Source: Hydrolagus colliei (lineage: Eukaryota). From it: a stretch of DNA of 64,000 nucleotides. Position numbers and translations under genes: made by a program. The DNA lies in NCBI GenBank assembly GCA_035084275.1, contig CM068744.1:42470001-42534000 (forward strand), in the 5' to 3' direction. Under the pieces are notes generated by a model. That model saw only the letters and a list, made by a program, of their open reading frames with translations, was not told the origin of the DNA and searched no databases. Below, in pieces: positions 11,763 through 22,445 of this stretch. Numbering within the stretch: position 1 is the stretch's first letter; every line of letters starts with the position of its first letter.

Positions 11763-14211
11763 TACAAGCTTGAACTCACAATCTTCTGACCCCGCCACAT
11801 TTCCAATCTTGGATCATACCTCACACCCAACACAGTGAACTTTTTATTCACATTTCATCAATTCACTTCTTAAGTTTCTCTAATTCCCTCCTCTCCAGAT
11901 TCGCAATCTCCACTGCCTGCAGCCTAACCCTTACTAAACTCAGCACCCCAATCACCCCAATGTGCAGACAGTAAGGTCACACATAGCTGTGCAGAGAATG
12001 AGTGAAACTGTAACAACCTTTTGAAGGTTGCTTCAAAATGTCTTAATAACCTGTCCAAGCGACGTCCCTGGAAAATCTGTGTAAAATCTGAGATTGTTAA
12101 AATCAGGAGTGGGGAGGAAAGTGAAAGGTGAACTAAGGGGGTGAGGACATCTATGACAGTCACTGTACATAATGTAAGCTTTTCAGCACAAAGCTGTATT
12201 AAGTTTTCCAAAGGACATTTTAAGCACTTTTTCCCAAAACATCTGTCTTTTCTATTGTTTATTAGTTTCACATTGAATCTCTTTCTCTTGCTAGTTTTTT
12301 TTTACTCTTCAAACATTTGTTCAGAAAACAGTAATGTTTATGAGTTCTCAATACCAGACAGCTCCCTTCCTCCCAAGGCCAGTGTCTATCTGTCTATCTA
12401 ATTTGTATTAATAATGTTCAATTACTATCGATTAATAATTTTGCTTCATATTAGTATCTCAACAATCCCCACCATGAGAGTGAGAAAATAAAATTTTCAA
12501 TCTCTCACTTATCTACGAGCTAGTTCGCTAACTGGAAATGGTCACATTGCAAGTGAGTCTTTTTTTTAAAGTAAACGGAGATAACAACAAATCATACCAA
12601 TCAAACAACAGTCTGGGCAATGTCAAAGGCATAAGACATGAGTAATAAGGTTCAGTAGAATGAATTAATCAGATTGTTACAGTGGCTGGGATTAGGAATA
12701 GACTTTTTAACATGGTACATGGTACCTTTTTGGTAACACATGCCAAGTCTGCAGTGAGACATTCAATAGCTTGTTTTTACCATTCACAATGTCCTTGAGA
12801 GTCCATAGAGTCAGATTTATTCCAGCAAACAATACAGTAAAAAAAACAGAATTATGGGATTGTGAAATGTCCAGTCCCCACCTCGAGTGGATCAAACTGA
12901 CAGCACACCATCATCATCATCGGAATCTTCCGATTCCCTTTTACCTCAGCCACCACATCAATACTTTCAACTTATTTTAGCAACTGTAATTATAGCGCAT
13001 CATTATCAATAATATGATGAACATAATCAGTATAGACACAAAGATTATGAATAACATTACTGGAATAAACAAACTAAATGTTACATAAAATATTACAGAA
13101 TACTGATATTCTTAATACAGTAGAGTACTATCACTTCTCCTACTTCAATTGTCACAGTGTTTATTCTACCTATCGACCCCGTCACCCCACATGCTACAAC
13201 ATCCGACACATACATGACACACACGATTGCCAATGTAGACGATTAGCTGGGTTGCACATGTCCCCTCGTCTCCCCTGAGACGGTCGAACAAAATTGAAAG
13301 CAAAGACTGGCTTTGTGGGTGGGAGAGTTGGAGCGAAATGTATAAGTTGTCCCAGAAGAAGTCGCTGCATGGAATGTCGTTCTTGTCAGTATCTGTAGGA
13401 ACTAAATTTCTTTAAACATTTTCAGTTGTTAATACGACATGATCATTAACTACAGAAACACTTTCACTTTATGTGGAAACCAAAGGATTACACAATGTCC
13501 TTTTTACGCAAACCAGATTGATTGCAGTCAGTGAATTTAAACTTTAAACTGCCCATAGTCAGTGGCTGCAGTAAATGATTTTTAAAATTCCGGTATAATT
13601 TATTTTCTTCTCTTTCTGTGTTTTTCAATTAACCCATTCTATTATCTCTCAACTTTAGTTAATTTCTTTATTTGAGAGAACAACATTTTACCTTCTCATA
13701 AGAGTCAAGCAGATTGAACTGTTTGAGTGTCTTCAGGTTAGCCAATTAATCAATTCCCTGTTCTGTGTGGAGGCATATCGGCGGATCTATACGTTGCTCA
13801 ATCAATCCTTGCTTTTAACTACTTCTGTAACCATTCAAATTCAGAAGTAACCATTTGTCCCAACTTTTCTTCCAATTGGACTCTTTAGTATCCTTCTTAG
13901 TTTTATCATTTTAACAATCCTTCAGTGTTGAAAGTTTTGTGATTGGATTTGAGTTTTTACCTTTGCCCCTTCTTTTACCTGTCCTATTATTATTATGTTC
14001 TTTATGTGTCCTGTATGTCTTTTAAACCTTGTAGTGAACCCTTGTTCTTCTGCACCTTTTCAGACTGATCCTCTACCAAGGCTGCTACTGTATGTTGTTT
14101 TGATTTTTCTGTTGCCTCTCCCAGTCTAGCTTCCCATTGTATGGGTAATGTGATCTTTTGAATATTCATCAGTCTCCAATCACTCCTTTTGTTGGAGGGT
14201 TTGCATCATAA

Positions 14212-16289
14212 TTAGTTTATCTGTACCAAATTTGAATTAGTTTTATCCAATTTCTGATCAATGGAAGAGAGCTTAGAGGCGTTATATGATGGTGGATCAA
14301 GTCGACCAAATTCTGGTTGTGTTTCTTGTTGGTGCACTATTGCTCCCCTTGCGTTTTCCAACTGCTTCCTCAGTTGGGCATTTTCTCCTGACAATTTTTC
14401 CACAAATTTTCTCTGTTTTTCGCTGCTTACCCTTTCTGCAGCTACCTGATGTTTAAGAATTTTCATCTGTTCTTGCAGATTTCCGATCACTGAATTCATT
14501 TGTGCCATCTCATCTTTTAGATTCTCACCAGAACTTTTCTTTTGCTGTTTGCTATTTTGTTGCATATCCCTTTTTACCACAAATTTTACATTCCATTTCT
14601 TTCCACTCATTACTGTAATGCCCCCATTTCCCACAATTGTAACATATCACTTGTTTTTTTTCACCTGTCGTTTCTCCTTCTACTCTGCCACAGAAATTTG
14701 TCTGTCACTTTTGTTCCCTGAAAAGGTCCCTTATTTCCCCACATTTCTTTAAGTTTATTTTCCACCAATATGGTTATTTTATGAGTTTTTGAATTTTCTT
14801 TCAATGGAATATCAGCCATGATTGAATGGCGGTGCAGGCTCAAAGGGCCGAATGGCCTACTCCTGCTCCTACTTCTTATGTTTGTATGTTCTTATTTTGC
14901 TTGTAATTAATTTCTCATTATGGTCATCATTTTCCCTATCCCAGGTGTCCTCAAAACTATCCTTATCAGAAGGTAGGGAATGGCTAATAATCACTCTGTG
15001 CCACCTTTCCTTAAAGTGATCCAGATTACTACGATTTGGTCGTGGGCCATGTGTTTGATTGAAAAGTTCCCATAATTTGTCTATGTAACATTTGGGATGT
15101 TCATCTGGTGTCTGTCTACACTTGTTCAATTGTGTACCTGGATCTCTCCTATCATACCCTACAGCATTCAAGATATCCCTTTTTAAGTAATTAAGATTGC
15201 CTTTCACTTGTTTCATGTCTAATGATAAGGTATTAAATATTGGTGTAGACAATGTACATAGTAATAAACTAAAATGTTCTGTTTCATCACATGTATTTCT
15301 GTATTGCTATATGGTCCACCTCATTGAAATGACTGTATACATCACGTTTCCCATCAAATTTGGGAATAGTATTTGCCATCGCTTGTATCTGAAGTATACA
15401 GATGCATTGTATGGTATTTTCACTCCAGCTAACTCTTCCTCTTTATCACCTTCACCCTCCACTGTTTTTTTTGAATAACTGGATATAATGCCAAAAGGTT
15501 TTTCTTTTTGTTTTCCTCTTTTATCTCTACCTGTTTAGATTGCCTTAGAATTTCTTCCAATTCCGGATTAGCTTTCAGTTCACTAGTCTTTACTATCCCT
15601 TTGTATTTTTAAAAAAAATCACAAAGCCTTTCACACATCGCACCTGAAGTGTCCCTTTTTATTCTTTCCTCTCTTCACTCTTCCTGCTCTTTTTTAATCA
15701 CATATCTAAAGATCACAAATGGTATCTTGGTATAATTGAAACTCTGTCTCCTTCTCAGCCAGGACATCCAAAAATTTTAATTCCTCAACTTTTACTTCTG
15801 CCTCTCTATCCAAGGCATTCTGAAGTTCTAATTTTAATTATTTCTCTGAATTCTGCCTCTCTGGCCAAGGTATCCTGAAGTCCTTTGACTTCTGCTTCTC
15901 TGGTCAAGGCATTCTGAAGTTTTAATTCCTGTTTGACTTCTCCCTCTCTGGCCAAGGCATTTTGAAGTCCTTTGATGTATGCCTCTCGGCTAAGGCATAT
16001 TGAATTTCAAGTTTTAATTCCTGTTTGACTTCTGCCTCTCTGACCAAGGCATTCTCTCTGACGTTTGCCTCTCTGGTCAAGGTATTTTTAAATTTAAGTT
16101 TCAGTTCTCTCTCTCTTTTGCTTCAAACCACTTTCTCCTTCCTATTCTAAACATAGAGTTAAGAAAGAGTAAAACGATGGAAGTCAAGAAACCCCCTAGG
16201 ATGGTTAGGCACCAAACGGGATCAGACCATATCTCATTGTATATCCAGTTATACAAGGCATAATATTTGCTAGCCGGTAGGAGTGCCAT
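14212..16289 (-). pseudogene. gag pseudogene: hydrophobic N-terminus, coiled-coil repeats, capsid-like domain, two CCHC knuckles, PPSY
   Basis: MALL...VWCLTILGGFLTSIVLLFL-RIGRRK; LQNALxREAEVK repeats; IPKFDGKRDVYSHFNEV at 15367; CYNCGKWGHYSNEW and CKICGKKGYATK at 14644-14551; several frameshifts. Confidence 0.75.
14805..14894 (+). mobile_element. CR1 3'-end fragment inserted in gag
   Basis: gggccgaatggcctactcctgctcctacttcttatg...ttctta; reverse complement of the CR1 end at 16976-17060. Confidence 0.75.
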
Positions 16290-16365
16290 ACTTTAGTATA
16301 TTAACCATACAACAATATAACTAACTTCAACCCACTAAACACCAACTATTATTCTTCCACACCTT

Positions 16366-16693
16366 ATAATAATAATAATAATAATCCTTGCATTTGATAT
16401 AGCGCTTTTCACAGCTTATCGACATCCCAAACCACTTCACAGAATATACTGTATATATTTGTGGGTGAATCGCGGCAGCCAATTGCACACAGCAGTGTCC
16501 CACAAACAGTCATGGATTGAAAAGAGCAATTTTATTGTTGCGTTTTTTTTGAGGGATTATTATTAGGTGTGTGGAATAAGAAAACTTGCCCAAGGTTTTG
16601 CCCTGACCTTCCTGGATTCGAACACAGGTCTCCCCAGCTTGGTCTCCCCAGCTTGTAAGACAAGTGCTCTAACCACTAAGCCACAGGAGTTCC
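16366..16693 (-). mobile_element. tRNA-derived SINE, full length
   Basis: A-box/B-box head near 16620-16690, family core, (TAA)n tail. Confidence 0.85.
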
Positions 16694-16779
16694 ACACTGA
16701 AAGTATATTTTCAAATTCACATGAATACTTAATTTCTAACCAATATTAAACATTTGTATTTATCCCACTTCAATATAGT

Positions 16780-16797
16780 GTCCCTGTTCAGATGCCA
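16780..16797 (-). promoter_or_regulatory. Primer-binding site, tRNA-Lys3 type
   Basis: TGGCATCTGAACAGGGAC versus canonical TGGCGCCCGAACAGGGAC (3 transitions), 2 nt after the LTR-terminal CA. Confidence 0.75.
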
Positions 16798-16975
16798 ATT
16801 GTAAACGTTGATTAATTTTGTGACTCTGCGGTGAAGTAAGGACTGACACAAATGTACAATTAACATGCATGTTTATTGATTCAGGTTAGTAATAGTTATA
16901 AGTAACTACAATATTTACGTATGACACATAGCTTACAATGATTTAAGTTGACCAAACCAACTGCTGTGGGTGAGA

Positions 16976-17165
16976 TAGAACATAAGAACATAGGAACATA
17001 AGAATTAGGAGCAGGAGTAGGCCATTCGGCCCTTCGAGCCTGTTCCGCCATTCAATAAGATCATGGCTGATCTTCTCACCTAACTCTGATTACCTGCCCT
17101 ATCCCCATATCCTCTAATCCCTCTATTTTTCAAAAATCTATCAGTCTCAGCCTTGAAAATGTTCA
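16976..17165 (-). mobile_element. CR1 3'-end fragment
   Basis: agaacataagaacataggaacataagaattaggagcaggagtaggccattcggcccttcgagcc. Confidence 0.8.
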
Positions 17166-17249
17166 ATAGCAAAGTATTGAATAGCAAATAGAATAGCAAG
17201 GTCCAATTTAATCTCCATATTAATCCAAATATAAATCCATCAAAAGGTA

Positions 17250-17555
17250 ATAATAATAATCCTTGCATTTGTTATAGTGATCTTATCAACGTCCCAAGGC
17301 GCTTCACAGAATATACTGTAAAGTGAATTGACTGTATATTTGTGGGCGAAACATGGCAGCCAATTGTGCACAGCAGTGTCCCACACACAGTCGTGGATTG
17401 AAATGACCAATTTTATTATTGTGGGTTTTTTTTTGGAGGGATTATTATTAGGCATGTGGAGTAAGGAAACTTGCCCAAGGTTTCGTCCTGACCTGCCTGG
17501 ATTCAAACACAGGTCTCCCCAGCTTGGTCTCCCCAGCTTGCAAGCTACAGGAGCT
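17250..17555 (-). mobile_element. tRNA-derived SINE
   Basis: Same core and tail as the other copies. Confidence 0.8.
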
Positions 17556-17984
17556 CCATGTATCCAAGTATTGTTGTACGGTTTCCAGTTCAACATCCAA
17601 AATTATCCCAAAGAATCCAAGTATTGTTGTATGATTTCCATTTTGATATCCAAGTATGCAGGTATGATTGTGCCAATCCCAATTCGATATCCAAGTACCA
17701 CTGTATGTCTAGAGTTGCTCCACTCACAGTCTTGATCTTCTCTTCTTCTGAAGCTGAAACGTGGATTTGTGATGACTCCAAGTTCCAATTTCTCCTTTCT
17801 CCGTTCTTCCTTGAATCAATCTCTCTTTTATCCAGTTCATTAGGTGATCTTTCACCCATTGCCCTTTGCAAGATGGTTCCTGTGCAAAACCAAATGCTAC
17901 ACAGCTCCCTCTCCAGCTGCAGACCATTTCTCCGTGAGAAAATTACTGATAAGGACTGAAAACACTTTGTGTTTCGTACTGCAT

Positions 17985-18084
17985 GCGCAGTACGAAAAAC
18001 CCGAAAATATCGATATTTCGGTATATCTCGATATGAGCCCATCGATATATCTAAATCGGAAATTTTCCATATCGACGGACCCTA
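17985..18084 (-). mobile_element. Terminal fragment of hAT MITE family A
   Basis: Ends catatcgacggacccta, the reverse complement of the tagggtccgtcgatatg end at 35363. Confidence 0.8.
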
Positions 18085-18207
18085 GTTTCCCAGTAATGAA
18101 AGTGTCCCCGAGGCATTAATTTATCTCATTTACTTGAGGGCCAAATTTGTTCACGTCAGCTTCAAACAAAAACTTTCACACAGACTTTGAATACCTTTAA
18201 ACGTGTA

Positions 18208-20973
18208 CAAGCCCGTACGTAGGGGGGGTGCGACGGGTGCGTACGCACCCCCCCAAATTATAAAAGGTCCACATTTTCCGGGGTAGAGAATTGTATTTTT
18301 TATCAAATTTAAATACCAAGTAAATTTATTGAGCATTTGTGTAACAATCAGTTCTTCAAAACTATGTATAAATTATAAACACACATCTTTGAATGTTTTA
18401 GTATTAATATAAAATTATCGAGTCGCACACCAGAATCGGCATCTCCCCAAAACATACCGCGTCGATAGACCAGTCTATGACGCGGCGAGTCTGTGACTCG
18501 TGATTGGATAAACATAGGCGCGCGCCAAGACTCAAATCCATCCTCGTTTGGAAATCATCCCGTATACAGCCACAAGGGTAGCACCACTTCTGGAAGTTAA
18601 ATCATCTTTTCATCTGATCACTGTAAGTAAAAATTACTCAAGTTTTGAGAGGTGTGACTGTAATGCTAGCAAACAATGACAACATATTTACAAGCTTCTG
18701 AGAAATTAAAGCTTTTGAGAACCCAACAAAAAAGTTATATGTGTCTGGACGGGAATGCCTATCTTTAAAAAAAATACTCATGGACGTAGGCCTATGCTTT
18801 AGCGCCTATTCTACGTGGTGTGTCAATCGGAAATCATCCCGTATACAGTCACGACATAAAAAGGTAGTACCACTTTGTGGAAGCTGAAATCGTATTTTAA
18901 TCTGATAAATGTAAGTAAAAATGACTTAAGTTTTGATAGGCGTGTTTCTGAAATATCATGTTTCTTGTTTTGTCTTGATTATCACATTTGATTTATATTA
19001 TTGAAAATGTATTCCTGTAATTAAAAATTGCTTTTAGAGACGTCCACTGACATGCAAAAAACATATGACCGCAAAGATAAACAGTGCTACTTTATTTCAC
19101 ATTCAGTTTTGTACCCAGAGTGAAAAAACATCAATGTCGCACGAATTTGGCATAAAAATAGTTTCACCATCATCTGATCGAGCGAACTCGGGCATTGACA
19201 ACCACACTTCTCCGCTGATCCCTTCTCTCCATGCAACCTGACAACTCCCGCCTGCCAATACCCGAATCGCGCTCCAGAGTATCGATGTAGGTTAGGGCCG
19301 GTCTACCTAGCTTTAGATCTCGGGTCATTTTAAATAGTTTAATGGCATGAAAATAAATGTCATAAGCCATGTAGTTCCCTTTTCATTTAAATTATCTACA
19401 TACATAGGCAAACGTTTGTGGACTTGATGAAGAACATATGTTTTTCCTTAATTTTTTTTGTTAGAAGTCATCATAAATAAATAGTACCTAGACTACGTTA
19501 TGGGTCGCAAAGAGCAAAATGAACGGAAACGCAAAGCAGCTGCAAAACTGTGCAAGCCCCTAGACCAGTGGATGGTCAACAAAAGGCTTAGTTCGACTGA
19601 TGATCAAGAGCCAGCTAAGGAATCGCAAGAAGTACAGGATGAAATGGGAGTTAGTGAACCAAGCTGTTCCAGTGACCAGGAAGTTGCCGAGCCCCTTATA
19701 ATTACACAACATAGGTCTACTCATTTCGTTAATGATATCGGAAACATCATAAATGCTACTCTGAGCCCTGAGGAGTTGACCAATGCAATTGAAAAACTTG
19801 ATGTTGCATATAAATACCATCTCTTGACAAGCCACTTCATCCCATCTGAAGATTACATTTTCCCGTCACGGTTCCTTCACCATTGTCAGCGCCAGTTCAA
19901 GATGAGATACTTGCGAGATTATAAATGGATGGTCTACAGTCCTTCATTAGATGCTGCCTTTTGTATTCACTGTGCACTGATGGTCCAAACAAGTGAGAGG
20001 AAACGGATGGGGGCATTTGTTAATACACCCTTTACCATGTTTTACAAACTAAACGAGAAGGCGAAGGAACACGAACGAAATGGTTGTCACGTAAATTCTA
20101 TGATTAGATCGGCATCAATGCGCGACTCTGTTGCGAACCCACAACATAAGATAGACATTCGTTTGGTCGATGAAAAGAAGAAAAACATTGAAAGAAATCG
20201 ACATATCATCAGAACAGTTGCCGAAGCTGTATTATTCTGTGGACGTCAGTGCATTGCACTTACAGGAGATAATGAAAGAGTCGTGGAAAGTAACACCGTT
20301 ACGAGTGACGGCACACATTAAAATGGTAATCCGGGAAACTTTCTGGCAGCCCTACAGATGATTGCGAAGCATGACGAGGTTCTTCGACATCACCTTGATA
20401 GTATTGGGCTCGCAAATAGGAATTCTAAATATACCTCACCTAGAATACAGAACGATATCATCACAATCATCGGCCATGATATAATCCGCAGTGATTATTA
20501 CATCATTGTTAATTACAGTCCGAAATAAATTGAGTCTTAGGATAACAATGCAGAACAACTTATTAATTACTGTCAATCTGTAGTTTATCATCATTTTCTC
20601 TTATACGCCTACATTTATCAAGCATTCGTCATTGTACTGTTTTATTTGGATTGTAATTTACTTTATCGTTCACATTCCTTACATCATCGAGTCAACAATC
20701 GTGTTTGCTGTTATCGGCGAACACATTCGACCTTCCAAAAAAATTTAGACACGGACTACCCGGGAAAATAAAAACACTGAATAAATAATGATGCTCTTAA
20801 ACACCAAGGGCATGAAACATTGGATCTTCTGAACCGATTAAATAAGACCTCAAACTGTGTAAAACGTCGGAGCCTCGAGGGGGCTTCGGGGGCAGCCCGC
20901 AAACCCCCGGCCATTGTTGGTCCCATCACTAGCAATTCGCACCCCCCCAAAAAAAATCCTGCGTACAGCCCTG
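18208..20973 (+). mobile_element. Internally deleted hAT transposon (ZMYM1/DUF4371-like transposase)
   Basis: Imperfect 16-bp TIR caagcccgtacgtagg / cctgcgtacagccctg; transposase ORF inside; no clear TSD. Confidence 0.8.
19500..20520 (+). pseudogene. Truncated hAT transposase
   Basis: WMVYSPSLDAAFCIHC...KAKEHERNGCH (TTF-type finger); FCGRQCIALTGDNE; stop at 20319-20321, then in frame NPGNFLAALQMIAKHD...YTSPRIQNDII; catalytic and dimerisation parts absent. Confidence 0.85.
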
Positions 20974-21211
20974 AGTGTCTGCATGCAGGTAGATCTCAGC
21001 AATCTCTCTGTGAACGTGGCCAGGTTATCATTTTAAATTCTGTTTTACAGTCAAATCGCAGTCCTTATCCTCCCCCTCCTCCCTACCACCACAATCAACA
21101 ACAATTATAACATCTGTAGGTTCATATCTATTTTCATCCTGTTTTATTCCTCTCCCCCCACCCCACCTGCAGTTGTTTTAATATATATACAGTATATATA
21201 GAGAGAGAGAG

Positions 21212-21530
21212 ATTGTAGTGTTCCCTCGTTACTGGTATCCGAGGGGAGTCAGGCCAGTTGGAATCAGTTCTCTCTCCCAGAGAAAAGACTTAATGAAGCT
21301 TCTTGTTCCTTTTCGCCAAATGTCACCAATAAAGCTTCTCCTTCAGCAAATTAACAGGTGCACCTGAACTCCCGCCCCCCTCTTGCTCTCTGTACACTGA
21401 TTGGCTAACAGTCTGCACACTGATCGGCTAACGGTCCCTGACAGTCACGTCAACCCGCTGTTCTGTTGGTCGCCACTCGTGTCAATCAGATGGACTCCGT
21501 TCACACGTTAGGTTGAATTCACCATAACGA
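21212..21530. mobile_element. Possible solo-LTR or promoter-like relic
   Basis: Starts TG; contains AATAAA, GC box ccgcccc and duplicated ctgat(t/c)ggctaac; end not defined. Confidence 0.3.
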
Positions 21531-21654
21531 CCTGCCTTTAAGGCTACTTGCCCTCTTTGCTATTGACCCCCAATCAATTAATAAGGTAACCAGTTCTTTT
21601 AAAATAAAATAATAATTATAAATATTATATACAATATAGATATCTCGAAGCACA

Positions 21655-22445
21655 ATACAAATAGGTGGAAGCTGCACTCTGCACTTCTCCAAGCCAGTCA
21701 GGAACCTGGGCATCTTATTCTACCCTAAAGTGTCCTTCCTCCCCCACATCCACCCCATGACCAGTACTGCCTTCCACCACCTTCGCAACATCGCCAGACT
21801 CCGCCAGCATTCATCAATGTGATGAATGTGACGCATTCATCACATCAAGGCTCAACTATGGAAACTCCCTCTTTGAGGGACTTCCTGGTTCTTCACAAGC
21901 TGCAGTTCATCCAGAACTCTGCAGCTCGTGTCCTCACCCGCACCAGGCTCCACGACCACATCACTCCCACCCTCGCCCGGCTCCATTGGCCGATCCCCTA
22001 GAGGATCGAAATCAAGATCCTTGTCCTCACCTTCAAGGCCATTCACAGCCTTGCCCCCCCACCCCACCCTCTCCGACCTGCTGTCTCGCTATGAACCTCC
22101 TAGCCCTGTCTGTTCAGCGGGCTCTGGCCTGCTCTTTGTCCCCCTCCCGTCCCATCCTACCATTGGCGGGCGGGCTTTCAGCCTTTGTGCCCCCACACTC
22201 TGGAACCCCATCCCACAGTCCCTTCACCTCGCTCCCTTGCCTCCTTCAAGGCTGATCTCAAGACCCTCCTCTTCGACCGTGCCTTCTGCTGCCCCCCTCC
22301 AACTCTCTCCTCTCCTAACTCTCTCCCACCCCTCCCCCCTACCCTGCCCCTCTCCCTTGCTCAGGTCCCAACCTGACTGTTCAGTGCCTTGGTACATCCT
22401 CCCGACATGAAAGGCACTCTATCAATGTAATTTTGTTGTTGTTGT
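21655..22445 (+). mobile_element. L2 LINE 3' fragment
   Basis: HKLQFIQNSAARVLTRTRLHDHITPTLARLHW; tail gaaaggcactctatcaatgtaattttgttgtt. Confidence 0.9.

Larger units (their letters stand above)
13000..16975 (-). mobile_element. Decayed LTR retroelement (5' LTR end, PBS, gag; no recognisable pol)
   Basis: LTR end CA at 16801-16800 with AATAAA upstream, then PBS; gag motifs below; the 13000 boundary is uncertain and no matching 3' LTR was recognised. Confidence 0.7.

Noticed and set aside
15790-16090. CRISPR-like or regulatory repeat array
   Set aside because: Eukaryotic context, no unique spacers; the repeats translate as in-frame coiled-coil units of gag
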